Source: Planctomycetaceae bacterium (GTDB lineage: Bacteria; Planctomycetota; Planctomycetia; Planctomycetales; Planctomycetaceae). From it: DNA of 64,000 bases. Positions 8,624-18,516 of this stretch are shown here, piece by piece. The position numbers and the translations under genes were made by a program. The notes beneath the pieces are model-generated. The model made no database searches. It was not told the origin of the DNA and worked only from the letters and a program-made list of their open reading frames with translations. Numbering within the stretch: position 1 is the first letter of the stretch; each line of letters begins with the position of its first letter. Location of the stretch: the NCBI GenBank assembly GCA_041398845.1, contig JAWKTZ010000010.1:189758-253757 (forward strand), read 5' to 3'.

Positions 8624-9769
8624 CTACGTGATTGTGGACTGTTGTTCAATCAACGCGTCCAGTTCAGCCTTCAGCTTCGGCAGGATTTCGTGGTAGCTGT
8701 AGGCACCCAGACTTTCCGGGCCCTTCTTCAGGTTCACGTGATTTGGGCCGCACCACAAGCCGAGATCGGCGTCGTCCGTCTCACCGGGCCCGTTGACGCG
8801 GCAGCCCATCACGGCGATCGTGATCGCGTGATCTTCGGCGTAGCGGGTCATTTCTTTGACCTGTTGAGCCAGCTCCACAAAGGCTTCGTTTTCCACGCGC
8901 GAACAACTGGGGCAGCTAATGATGTTCAGCGTCTTCAGGCCGTAGTCCACCACCGAGCGAACTCGACCGTTGGCGATGTCATCCAGAATTTTGCGACCGG
9001 CTTCGATCTCTTCGTGCTTGCGGTTGTTCGGAACGGTCAGCGACACGCGAATCGTGTCGCCGATACCGCGGCTGATGAGCTGTTCGAACGCGATCCGCGT
9101 CTTGATGACGCCGTCCGGAGGCATGCCGGCTTCGGTCACTCCCAGGTGCAGAGGTACGTCCGGGCGTTTTTCGGCGAAGCGTTTGTTGACTTCAATCACC
9201 TTCTGCGGATCGGAATCCTTCAGCGACACGCAGTACCGCATGAAGTCATAATCGTCCAGTAAACGACAATGATCCCACGCGCTTTCGAGCATCGGGGAAA
9301 TCGAATCGTCTGCGGCGTACTTTGCTTTCTTGTCCGGGTCAACAGATCCGCAGTTAACGCCGACTCGAATGGCGCAATCGTGTTCCCTGGCCACATCCGC
9401 GATGTAGCGAACTTTGTCCTCCCACGGTTTCTCGCGTTCATGATGGTACAGGTGTCCGGGGTTGTACCGCAGCTTGTCTACATATGGAGCAATCACTTCG
9501 GCCAGTCGATAATTTTCCTGCAGGTCGACGGAAAAGTTGCCGTGTACCTGGCTGCGAATTTCAATCAGCGCTTCGGCGTCTTTCTGACTGTCGATGGCAA
9601 CGCGAATAACGTCGGCACCGGCGTTCAACAGATCCTGAATCTGAGCAACCGTGGCGTCGATGTCCTGAGTTCGCGTTGCCGTCATGCTCTGCACGGCAAT
9701 CGGCGAATCAGCTCCGATGGTCACGCTGCCAATCCGTACCGGTCGAGTTGGATTTCGTTCGATGGTCAC
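8624..9769 (-). CDS. ispG: (E)-4-hydroxy-3-methylbut-2-enyl-diphosphate synthase
   Basis: [60 protein letters not shown]. Confidence 0.97.
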   Translation of the reverse strand: MTIERNPTRPVRIGSVTIGADSPIAVQSMTATRTQDIDATVAQIQDLLNAGADVIRVAIDSQKDAEALIEIRSQVHGNFSVDLQENYRLAEVIAPYVDKLRYNPGHLYHHEREKPWEDKVRYIADVAREHDCAIRVGVNCGSVDPDKKAKYAADDSISPMLESAWDHCRLLDDYDFMRYCVSLKDSDPQKVIEVNKRFAEKRPDVPLHLGVTEAGMPPDGVIKTRIAFEQLISRGIGDTIRVSLTVPNNRKHEEIEAGRKILDDIANGRVRSVVDYGLKTLNIISCPSCSRVENEAFVELAQQVKEMTRYAEDHAITIAVMGCRVNGPGETDDADLGLWCGPNHVNLKKGPESLGAYSYHEILPKLKAELDALIEQQSTIT

Positions 9770-10122
9770 AGTGTTTTCTTCTGTACAGGTTCAGTCATGC
9801 CTGCCCGGCAGGATTCGTGCTTTGAGGTGTATTAACAGGAGGTTGCCGCGATGGTCGCGAAACCCCGATTTCATAAAACGCCCCGCCATTTTCTACGCGG
9901 AGTATCCCGACGCCGCCAACGGAAACAAGGCAGATTTCGGGACGCCGGGCATTTCCCAACCGCAGAATCACAGAAAACGCAACACGGATGGAATTGAAAT
10001 CCGGAGATTTGGCCGCCTGCCACGACGGGTTGGGTCTGGCAAATCGAGACTCACCCGGGTAGATTGAAACTGACCGTCAGAATTCGTCCCGTACTGCGGC
10101 GATGCCGCGAAGGAGCCTTTCC

Positions 10123-10368
10123 ATGCGAATGTCGTTTCAGAATCTGGTGAGGTCTGGGCTTTGTGTGTTGATTTTGGCCGCGTGCTGCAGCGATACATGG
10201 GCCGGGAAAAAATCCGGACGGAAGGATCGCGCCGCTCGCCGAGCTGCTCGTGCGGAAGCAGACGCAGCGATGGGCGAATCTGAGAAAATCTCCGGCAACA
10301 AATTGCTCACGCGCCAGGATGTGGAAGCTGCGCTTCGGTTGCCGTGTCCGGAGGTGATTTGCTGCTGA
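10123..10368 (+). CDS. Small secreted hypothetical protein (81 aa)
   Basis: AAGGAG SD 7 nt before ATG 10123. Signal-peptide-like MRMSFQNLVRSGLCVLILAACCSDTWA. No recognisable domain. Confidence 0.5.
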   Translation: MRMSFQNLVRSGLCVLILAACCSDTWAGKKSGRKDRAARRAARAEADAAMGESEKISGNKLLTRQDVEAALRLPCPEVICC

Positions 10369-10521
10369 CGCCAGAGAACGCGGCCAGCAATGAGTCCGTA
10401 GTTCAGCCGTCCGCGCCAGTCGAGCAAAGGAATGAGAGATCTCCCACAGTGGAGATAATCTCCGTCCATGAACTGATGTGTCGCAGGCTGCGGCTGTTTT
10501 CTGAAATGCCTGTACCGGCTA

Positions 10522-11487
10522 CTAAAGGTTCACCACATTCTGAGGCCGTTCCTCAAGAAACGCTCGGATGTTTTCGACGCAGCCCTGAGTGAGCAGGTCG
10601 AGTCCTTCCGGAGTCTGGTCGGCGCTGTGCGGAGTCAGTACGACGTTGCGGCACTTCATTAGCACGTTGCCGGTTGTGATTGGTTCGGCGTCGTAAACGT
10701 CCACGCCGGCTCCGAACAGATGACCGCTGTTCACGGACGAAGCCAGGGCTGTGGTGTCAACGATGGCCGCTCGAGCCGTGTTGATCAGAATGGACCCGCG
10801 TTTCATCTGCTGAAGTTCTCGCGAACTGATCATGCCGCGCGTTTCTTCCGACAGCCGCACGTGCAGGCTGACGACGTCGCTGATGCTGAACAACTCCTCC
10901 AGCGACACATAGCGAAAGCCGAGTTCACGGGCGCGAGCTTTGTCCGGGTGGAATGTCCAGGCGACAGATTCCATGCCGAACATGGAACACAACCGAATCA
11001 TTTGCGAACCGATGTTGCCGGTGCCAATCACACCGATGCGTTTTCCGATCAGCGACATGCCAAGCTCGGCCGACCACTGCCCTGCCCTGAGCTGTTCCGT
11101 CATCGACGCCATTCGCCGCGACACTGCCAGCATCAGCCCGAACGCGTGCTCCGCAACCACTGTCGCCGTGCGTCCGGGAATGTTGCTGACAACGATGCCT
11201 CGCCGCGACGCGGCTTCAATGTCGATCGAATCGTAGCCGATGCCGCAGACAGCAATCATCTTCAGCTTAGGTAACTGATGAAGCACTTCGCCTGAAACCT
11301 TCACCGCGCTGCGGGAATTCAGCAGCACATCCGCAGGCTTCAGGCGTTTCAGCATTTCGGCATCGTTGGCCGGGCGGTCGGAATACAGCCGAACATCCGC
11401 CAGCTCACGCAGTTGATCAAGGCATTGCGATCGCCCTACCAGAGGCGGGTCGTCGCCGGGGATGACCACAACAGGGCGTTTGTGCAT
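10522..11487 (-). CDS. D-isomer-specific 2-hydroxyacid dehydrogenase family protein
   Basis: GIGYDSID, GVIGTGNIG (NAD-binding), LINTAR, DVYDAEP, LTPH. Confidence 0.93.
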   Translation of the reverse strand: MHKRPVVVIPGDDPPLVGRSQCLDQLRELADVRLYSDRPANDAEMLKRLKPADVLLNSRSAVKVSGEVLHQLPKLKMIAVCGIGYDSIDIEAASRRGIVVSNIPGRTATVVAEHAFGLMLAVSRRMASMTEQLRAGQWSAELGMSLIGKRIGVIGTGNIGSQMIRLCSMFGMESVAWTFHPDKARARELGFRYVSLEELFSISDVVSLHVRLSEETRGMISSRELQQMKRGSILINTARAAIVDTTALASSVNSGHLFGAGVDVYDAEPITTGNVLMKCRNVVLTPHSADQTPEGLDLLTQGCVENIRAFLEERPQNVVNL

Positions 11488-11526
11488 GAAGATTTGCTTG
11501 ATGATTTACGAGAGAACGATGGAACA

Positions 11527-13044
11527 TCAGAGTTTACCAAAGTCCACGATCTCTTTCCCGTCAATTGACAGCAATGCGTTCAGCGTCGCGGCGTCAATTG
11601 TTCCGGGAATCAGCCGAGCCGAACCATCGCAAAGGCAGGCATGAAAACCTTTGGCAGCGGCGTCGAGCAGTACCGTCAACGGGTTTTCGGCAGGAATCTC
11701 AACGTCTTCCGGCTTCGTCCAGATCACGGCCTGATCCGGAGCCGCTTCGACAATCATCAGCGTGTTGCTGGTGCCATCCAGAATGCTCTGAAACGTCATG
11801 CCACCGCCGGACCTGCCAAACGCACTGTCCTTTGTCAGTGGAGCCACCATGCGAGTCTTGCCGGCGGCGATGGCGGCTTCATCCGTTTGACTGCCGTCGT
11901 AAACACGCGGCATCTTTGAAACCAGTTTGATGTTGTGTGGACTGTCCCATGGTTCGTCCAGATGGAACTCCTGATACAGCGGAGCATTGTCCAGATAAGG
12001 AAGAATCAGGACTCGCCAACTGAGCAGTCGTTTGCCGTCTTTGCCGACGAGCGACTGAGGCGGAAGGTGTCCGTAGCTGTCATGAAAATTGTGCATCGCC
12101 AGAGCGATCTGCTTAAATGAATTCAGCGTACTCATGCGTTGAGCACGGAGGCGAGCCGGCGATGTCAATGTCTTCAGACTGTCGATCATCGCCGTCGTGC
12201 TCTGGAGCGAATTCGAGGCCAAAACGACGTTGCTTTCGTCGGCTTTCATCTGAATCGGTGTTGCTGCCGCCTTGATTTCCGAAGTGGTCCATTCGTTAAT
12301 CAGCGACGAGATGCCTTCTGCGGATTCCGGCGACTTTGTCTGAATCTGGAGTTCAAATGATGACGGCGGGAGCAGTCCCGACAGAGTCACGGCTTTCACG
12401 TTGACCAGCAGTTCCGCCGCTTGAGTCACCCGCGGATCGGCACTGCCGAAGATCTCCGGCAGTACGGACATGACTGGAACCAAAGTCGCAACCGGAGTCT
12501 TCAGGGCGATCGCGTGTGGATGCTTCAACCTGTTCACTGTGACCAGGAACTCTGCATCAGGCGTGCCGGAGCGTTCCCTGAGGTTGGCGATTTCGCTCTT
12601 GTCTCCGACCACGACACAGCTTCCATCAACCACGGCGGTGCCACCGGAACCTTCGGCCAGAGTCTTCAGAATCAGGGTCACCGCGTCGATCGTGTCGTCT
12701 GGCGCAGGGACGACGAACGCGCGCGGTCCTTGAGTCAGTCCGGCCAGATCGCTGATCCAATACATCCGAGTCACACCAAGCTGCACCAGAGCTGTCTTCA
12801 CCGCCTTCGCCTGCGTCAGGTCATTGCCTTGAGCATTCAGCGTCTTCGCAAATTCCGCCAGTTGATCGAGATCAAACTGCGACAGGTCGGCCCAGCCAAC
12901 GACCGTGGTTTGAGCATCCAGATACGCTTCAATGGGTTTGGTATTCGAAGCGTTGTTCTGCGCAACGGTCGTCGTGGTGGCGCACATCGCGATGAAGACC
13001 GAGAGTGTCAAGAGCAGTTGTTGTGGTTTGAGAAAGCGTTGCAT
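11527..13044 (-). CDS. Exported DUF1559 domain protein
   Basis: Signal peptide. NSFKQIALAMHNFHDSYGHLPP, LSWRVLILPYL, DEPWDSPHN, DGTSNTLMIVE, GFHACLCDGS. Confidence 0.9.
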   Translation of the reverse strand: MQRFLKPQQLLLTLSVFIAMCATTTTVAQNNASNTKPIEAYLDAQTTVVGWADLSQFDLDQLAEFAKTLNAQGNDLTQAKAVKTALVQLGVTRMYWISDLAGLTQGPRAFVVPAPDDTIDAVTLILKTLAEGSGGTAVVDGSCVVVGDKSEIANLRERSGTPDAEFLVTVNRLKHPHAIALKTPVATLVPVMSVLPEIFGSADPRVTQAAELLVNVKAVTLSGLLPPSSFELQIQTKSPESAEGISSLINEWTTSEIKAAATPIQMKADESNVVLASNSLQSTTAMIDSLKTLTSPARLRAQRMSTLNSFKQIALAMHNFHDSYGHLPPQSLVGKDGKRLLSWRVLILPYLDNAPLYQEFHLDEPWDSPHNIKLVSKMPRVYDGSQTDEAAIAAGKTRMVAPLTKDSAFGRSGGGMTFQSILDGTSNTLMIVEAAPDQAVIWTKPEDVEIPAENPLTVLLDAAAKGFHACLCDGSARLIPGTIDAATLNALLSIDGKEIVDFGKL

Positions 13045-13172
13045 AGCAGTAGGTATTCTTTGAACAGGGGGATTTGTTGACCTTCGACCGACGCAATCCT
13101 GCCGCCGGCCACTGAGTTCGTATTCGATGGCAGATTGAATCGACAGCCTCGTCGCCGCAGTGGTTCTCGGCG

Positions 13173-14708
13173 CTATTCCTTGAATCGCAATCGCAGCACG
13201 CGTAACGGCTGATAGTTCTTCGGACCGTCGGCGGTCAAGGTGACCACTTTCTCGCCGTCAATCGTTTCCACTTTGTATTCGAACGGTTGTCCGGTGTACG
13301 GGTCCGGCATGGCTGGCACCGGCGACAGTTGCTCAGTTGAATCGGGAACCGTGCCATTATTGGCTTCGGCGTGCATGCGGAGGGCTTCCACTGTCATCAA
13401 CCGGTTGTAGGACATCAACGTTCGCGTTTCGGCCGCCCTGGCCTGAACGATCGCCGGATACAGCACACCACCAATCACGGCCGCCATCGACGAAACGGAA
13501 TTTTTTCGACTCCACTGCTGAAACCGCTCGTTTTCGTCTTCGATCAGTGGCTGTGCCAGCGTCGTCGGCAAGAGATGAGCTTTGCAAAGATCGTCACCCA
13601 CGCGTCGCAGTTCTCGACCAGCATCCAGAATGACCAGTTGCAGAGTCGGCAGACGTTCGAGCTTTGCCCTGGGAAAGTCTGACGCTTCCAGTCGCCGTCG
13701 CGCTTCATCAGCAAATGTCACGGTGCCAATTGCCAGCGCCAGGCGAGCATCGTGGCCACTGGACAGCGTGTCCAGGTCTTTCAGGATCGACGCCCAGACC
13801 GTTCCCGCCTGAGCATCAGTCCACGTCGCCGTTTCGGCTTCTGTTAATGCGGGCAACACATTCGAGATGTTGTGCAGTTCCCACATCACGGCATCGCCGG
13901 TTCCTGCCAAGGGGCGAGGAATCGTGGCCAGAGCCCAATACAGATTGGGACTTCCGGGTGTGGCAATCATGTCGGTGATTCGATCCCGCATGATGCTCTG
14001 AATCGCAATGCCCACCAGATTCTGAATCAACGTCTCTCCCTGCCCGATGAATTCAGCCAGACGCAAGCCGTCAGAAATCGACTCGACCGCGCCCTCGAAG
14101 TCCTTTTGCAGAAGCTGGTAGCGAATCTTCATCGCCAGTATTCGAGCCAATGCCCGCGATTCCTGGACGTCGGGCAACAGGTACATATAAACGTCCGGAC
14201 CTCGCACGTCGCGGATTCGATGATCCGCCTTGAAGTCTTCCGACAGAGCCAGTTGATGCAGTTCCCGGTAGATCGATTCCAGCGATACCACCGCAGCTTC
14301 CAATTCGTCAATCGATGGAATCGCGCCATTGCCTTCACCATTCATCCATTCGTCGGACTGCCACTTGTTGCGACCTTCCTCAGGCTGTTGAGCGAACATT
14401 AACTGAGCTCGTGAAAAGTGCAGCAGTGCCGAACCCGGTTTCAGCTCCCACTTTGCCGGATAAAGTCGATATTTCAACGCGGGCGATGGTTCGGCTGCGG
14501 GCTGAACGTTGATCGTTGTTGGTGCTTTTTCCTGCTCGGCCTCTTTCTGCTTCGACCGCAGATCATCCAGTGTCATGGTTGACCCAAGCTTCTCGTCCGC
14601 CGCCGCCACAACCTGGAACTGAGGGACAGGATCGATTGCTGTTTGAGCGTTCGCGAACGCTGGGAAGACGAACATGAGGAAGACAAACGGGAGGAAGATG
14701 GATCGCAT
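13173..14708 (-). CDS. Exported helical hypothetical protein (planctomycete-type) with pilin-like C-terminal segment
   Basis: Signal peptide MRSIFLPFVFLMFVFPAFANA. C-terminal EALRMHA..NGTVPDS..QL.PVPAMPDPYTGQPFEY. Confidence 0.75.
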   Translation of the reverse strand: MRSIFLPFVFLMFVFPAFANAQTAIDPVPQFQVVAAADEKLGSTMTLDDLRSKQKEAEQEKAPTTINVQPAAEPSPALKYRLYPAKWELKPGSALLHFSRAQLMFAQQPEEGRNKWQSDEWMNGEGNGAIPSIDELEAAVVSLESIYRELHQLALSEDFKADHRIRDVRGPDVYMYLLPDVQESRALARILAMKIRYQLLQKDFEGAVESISDGLRLAEFIGQGETLIQNLVGIAIQSIMRDRITDMIATPGSPNLYWALATIPRPLAGTGDAVMWELHNISNVLPALTEAETATWTDAQAGTVWASILKDLDTLSSGHDARLALAIGTVTFADEARRRLEASDFPRAKLERLPTLQLVILDAGRELRRVGDDLCKAHLLPTTLAQPLIEDENERFQQWSRKNSVSSMAAVIGGVLYPAIVQARAAETRTLMSYNRLMTVEALRMHAEANNGTVPDSTEQLSPVPAMPDPYTGQPFEYKVETIDGEKVVTLTADGPKNYQPLRVLRLRFKE

Positions 14709-14764
14709 GGGAGTGCCAGGTGTTGAAGGATAAAGTCTGAATTGGGAACATCCGGTGCGTGAGC

Positions 14765-15403
14765 TCACAGCAGTTCACGCAGTCGTTCTTCGGTCGCCGG
14801 AAACGTTCTTAAGGGTGTTTCACGTTCTGCTGTTGCAGGCCCGGAGTTCCATACTTCCGTCCCAGTGTGGCTCACGGCATCAGCAGCCTCAACAAGGCAA
14901 CTCCAGTGCCGGCGGGCCGCCACGCTGAGCGGACGCGCTGCTGCGGGAACTGTGTCTTCGAAAGCGGATGCGTTCGCGTCAGCCCATGGTGAAAAGTTTT
15001 CTGTCAGGGACTTCCAGTCGATCGCAGGAGCAATCGTCTCGTTCGTGGCAGCCACTGCATCGACCTGATTGAACGCTTCGTGAGATCCACTCGCCTGATC
15101 GTTGTGAACAGTTGCAGATTCACTGTCGTGTGAATCCCGGGCGACGATCCGTTGCCCTTGTTCTGAGTCGTGCGATGACTGCGTCCATGCAGCCACTCCG
15201 ACGGACACCAACAAGCCACACAGCAGCCCACCCGAAAATGCCGGTATCCACCGTCCGCGCGGAGCCTTCCGCAACCTTGCCAACCCCGTTTGTTCGCAGG
15301 CTTGCCAACCCGCTCGGTAGAACGTTTCCGGCAACCGCTCATCAAGAGATGTCGGCTTCAGTTGCCGCAACTGATCTTCAAAATCTGTCATTGAGTCCGT
15401 CAT
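14765..15403 (-). CDS. Putative membrane-anchored anti-sigma factor
   Basis: Directly downstream of an ECF sigma. N-terminal FEDQLRQLKP, single TM (FSGGLLCGLLVSVGVAAW). Confidence 0.6.
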   Translation of the reverse strand: MTDSMTDFEDQLRQLKPTSLDERLPETFYRAGWQACEQTGLARLRKAPRGRWIPAFSGGLLCGLLVSVGVAAWTQSSHDSEQGQRIVARDSHDSESATVHNDQASGSHEAFNQVDAVAATNETIAPAIDWKSLTENFSPWADANASAFEDTVPAAARPLSVAARRHWSCLVEAADAVSHTGTEVWNSGPATAERETPLRTFPATEERLRELL

Positions 15404-15455
15404 TGGGTCACTTTGTTGCCTGATGTCGTCATGCGAATTTTGCAGGACTCGTCCA

Positions 15456-15980
15456 CTACGGAGTCGCGTGCCGTTCGGTTGAAACCGCTGGTTGCATCAG
15501 AGTCCGTAGTTGTGCAAGACCGGCGTCGTATTTTCGATGAGCTGTCGCGGGAGAAAGGTCGAATGCGGTTGCGATCTGGCGGAATGTCATGTCGTTCCAC
15601 AAATGGGCGACGACGATGTCGCGTGTGATATCGTCCAGTTGGCGCAGCGCCTGCTGGAGTTCGTCGGCCGATGGACGATCGATGCTGGCGGCGTCGATCG
15701 GTTCCAGCCACAGCGGCTGTCCGACCGCCACCGCGTGTTCTCGTTTTACTCGGCGCTGTTGTGACCGCACAGCGTCGATGGCGGCGTTGCGCACCGCAGT
15801 GAACAACCATGCCGTCGGATCGTTCGGCGGGGGTTCCTGCGTCGCCAGTCGAATGAACACTTCCTGCACGCAGTCTTCCGCCGCGCCGTTGGCAATCGCC
15901 CCGCAGTGTCCGCGAGCTATCAACAGCAACGCTGCCGAATGCCGCTTCCACAGCGTTGTTAATTCGTCGGAAGTCAGCAC
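15456..15980 (-). CDS. ECF RNA polymerase sigma factor
   Basis: AEDCVQEVFIRL, AWLFTAVRNAAID (region 2). LWNDMTFRQIA..LSPATAHRKY (region 4). Confidence 0.93.
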   Translation of the reverse strand: MLTSDELTTLWKRHSAALLLIARGHCGAIANGAAEDCVQEVFIRLATQEPPPNDPTAWLFTAVRNAAIDAVRSQQRRVKREHAVAVGQPLWLEPIDAASIDRPSADELQQALRQLDDITRDIVVAHLWNDMTFRQIATAFDLSPATAHRKYDAGLAQLRTLMQPAVSTERHATP

Positions 15981-16183
15981 TCGTCATCCCGCGTTCAGCC
16001 ATCGGTTCAGTCCTCTGTCAGAGAGACGTCACCCATCGCGATTTGTCTCACGGAATTCGAAAACGTGAGCGACTTCCTCGGCCGGGATTGACCTGTTGGA
16101 CGACAGGCGGCAGCATTTTCCGAGCCCACAGACGTCTGCAGATCACCTAAGAAACGCGAACCGCTTCTCTCGGAGAGATCGCG

Positions 16184-18502
16184 CTACGGTTGTTCCGGCT
16201 TGCCTTCGATCTCGTCGATGGCTTTTTGAATCATGCCCTTGTAGCGGTCGCTTTCCGTTTCGGCGTGAAGCTTTCGCAGCAGCGGCAGAGCTTCACCGGC
16301 GGCGGGGCCGATTTTGCCGATCAAAAACATCGCATAGTATTGAGTGCGGCGATCACTGGATTCCAGACCGGCCAGAAGAACGGGCAGGGCTTCCGGGCCG
16401 GCGGTGTCGATGTCTTTGATGGCTCCGCGAGCGAAATCGGTATCTTCTTCGCTGCTGAGCATTGGAAACAACACCGGGACAGCCGCCTTCGCATCCGCTC
16501 CCATCGCTCCCAGTGCCTCGGCCGCCGGACGTCGCACCGTCCAGTCATGATCCTTCAAAGCCTCAATAAACACAGGCACAGACTTCGAGCGATCTGTCTG
16601 AACGGCGGCGTAGCATCCGACCGCAGCAACTCGAATATCACTACGTTCGTGCTGCAGCAGTTTCGCCACCGCATCCGCGCTGCTCGCCGCTGCGTCACCC
16701 ATTTCCGTCAAAGACGTCACTGCGGCCAGAACCACATCGGTGTCTGAATCCGTTAGCAACTCGCCGAGTTTCATGGCAACTTCGGGAGTTGCTACTCCCA
16801 GACCACCGATGGCTGTCGCAGCAGCTCGGCGAACGTATGACTGCTGATCGGAAAGCAGGATCAGCAATGCGTCCAGAGATGACACTGCGGTTTCTCCGAA
16901 GCGTCCGACCGTCCCGGCAGCGCTGGCTCTGACGAAATCGGATTCGTCATGAAGTGCGGCGATGATTTCGGTGAGTACCGCCTTTGCACCTTCACCACGA
17001 TCGGCCAGTCCAACGATTGCGTTGCCGCGCACATCGGCAGAGACATCCTTCAGGGCCGCCGTCAGGACGGGCATTGCGACGTCGTCTGCAATGCCGGGCG
17101 ATGTTGCGATGCTCAACACGCTGGCCGCGCGCACAGACGTGTCCGGATCTGAGGAGACCTTGACCAGAGCCTTGACGGATTCTTCCGGCAGTGCTTTGCA
17201 GTGGCGAAACGCGGTGGCCACCGCCGAACGAAGTGCTGCGTCATCCGCCTGCAGGCACACTGTGAGTGGCTTCACCGATGCTTCGGGCACGGGTTTCATG
17301 GCTCCCAATGCCGCCGCCGCGCTGACGCGGACGTTTGGGGTTTCGTGAGACAGAGCGGCCGTCAATTCGTCGGCCGCCGCCGGACCGATCGCGGCCAGCG
17401 TTGTTGAGAGAACCTCTGTCGACTGCTCGGCATCCGCCGACGCGGCAAGCAGTGGAGTCACCGCTGTTGCTCCAATACGACTGATTGCCCGAGACACATT
17501 GTCGCGACCGTCGACTTTCTTCAACGCCGTGATCAGTTTGGGAATCGCACTTTCCGCGACCTGCCCCATGTTGCTCAACGCAAACGCTGCGGCAGATCGT
17601 TGCCGTGCGTCCTCAGACTCCAGCAGATCAGCCAGCATCGGGACAGCTTGAGTGGAATCCGGCCCCAGCTTCCTGAGTGCGACCACTGCCGAATTCTGTA
17701 CGGCTGGTTCGCTGTCCGAAAACGCGCCAATGATGATCGGCAGAAGAACTTTGCGATCCATTGCCGATGCTGCCAGCGCGACGATCGCCGCACCGCGTAC
17801 ATCCGCGACTTCGTCGTTTGTCAATTCCATCAATGCAGTCCGCGATTCGGCAGTCATCTTTGGAATGTCGGAAAACCCTGTGGCGGCGGCTGCGCGAACC
17901 GGTGCGTACCGGCTTGCCAGAGCAATGCGAAGCTGTGATTCCGCCGGAATTCCAAGCCGAGCCAAAGATCGGGCGGCTTCGATACAGACGTCCTCGTCAT
18001 CGTCTGCCAGTAACTGCTCCAGTTCAGGCAATACGCTGGACGGATCGGCCGTCATCCAGCCCATGGCCACCGCAATGCCTCGCCGCCGTCGCGGTTCTGC
18101 GTCCTTTAGCGCCTTGTGCAACGCGGCCACTGCAGACGGACCAATGCGGCCAATCGCCCATGCAGAGCGATACCGCTGCTGGTCGTCACGATTGTCGACA
18201 AATTCAATGAGGGCCGGGACGGCATCAACGGCAGGAGCACCAATCCTTGCGATCGTCATCGCCGACTGCATCCAAACCTGTTCGTCTCGATCGGACAGAC
18301 CTTTGATCAGCGCCGGAAGAGCTGGCAGTGATTCTTTTCCCAAAGCTGCCAGAGCATATGCGGCATCGCGGCGTTCGGCCAGTTCACCGCTTTTGAGTGC
18401 AGTGGCGAGCGATTCCACGGAAGGCTGATCCTGACCGTTCGCGGAAAGCGACAGCGCAACAATCACCGAGAACCCGACAATGGATCGAAGCAGACCTCTC
18501 AC
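16184..18502 (-). CDS. Exported HEAT-repeat protein (roughly 20 repeats)
   Basis: Recurrent LxDxDxxVRxxAAxAL repeats throughout. Signal peptide from GTG 18502, preceded by AAGGGG. Confidence 0.88.
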   Translation of the reverse strand: MRGLLRSIVGFSVIVALSLSANGQDQPSVESLATALKSGELAERRDAAYALAALGKESLPALPALIKGLSDRDEQVWMQSAMTIARIGAPAVDAVPALIEFVDNRDDQQRYRSAWAIGRIGPSAVAALHKALKDAEPRRRRGIAVAMGWMTADPSSVLPELEQLLADDDEDVCIEAARSLARLGIPAESQLRIALASRYAPVRAAAATGFSDIPKMTAESRTALMELTNDEVADVRGAAIVALAASAMDRKVLLPIIIGAFSDSEPAVQNSAVVALRKLGPDSTQAVPMLADLLESEDARQRSAAAFALSNMGQVAESAIPKLITALKKVDGRDNVSRAISRIGATAVTPLLAASADAEQSTEVLSTTLAAIGPAAADELTAALSHETPNVRVSAAAALGAMKPVPEASVKPLTVCLQADDAALRSAVATAFRHCKALPEESVKALVKVSSDPDTSVRAASVLSIATSPGIADDVAMPVLTAALKDVSADVRGNAIVGLADRGEGAKAVLTEIIAALHDESDFVRASAAGTVGRFGETAVSSLDALLILLSDQQSYVRRAAATAIGGLGVATPEVAMKLGELLTDSDTDVVLAAVTSLTEMGDAAASSADAVAKLLQHERSDIRVAAVGCYAAVQTDRSKSVPVFIEALKDHDWTVRRPAAEALGAMGADAKAAVPVLFPMLSSEEDTDFARGAIKDIDTAGPEALPVLLAGLESSDRRTQYYAMFLIGKIGPAAGEALPLLRKLHAETESDRYKGMIQKAIDEIEGKPEQP

Positions 18503-18516
18503 GACACCGGCCCCTT

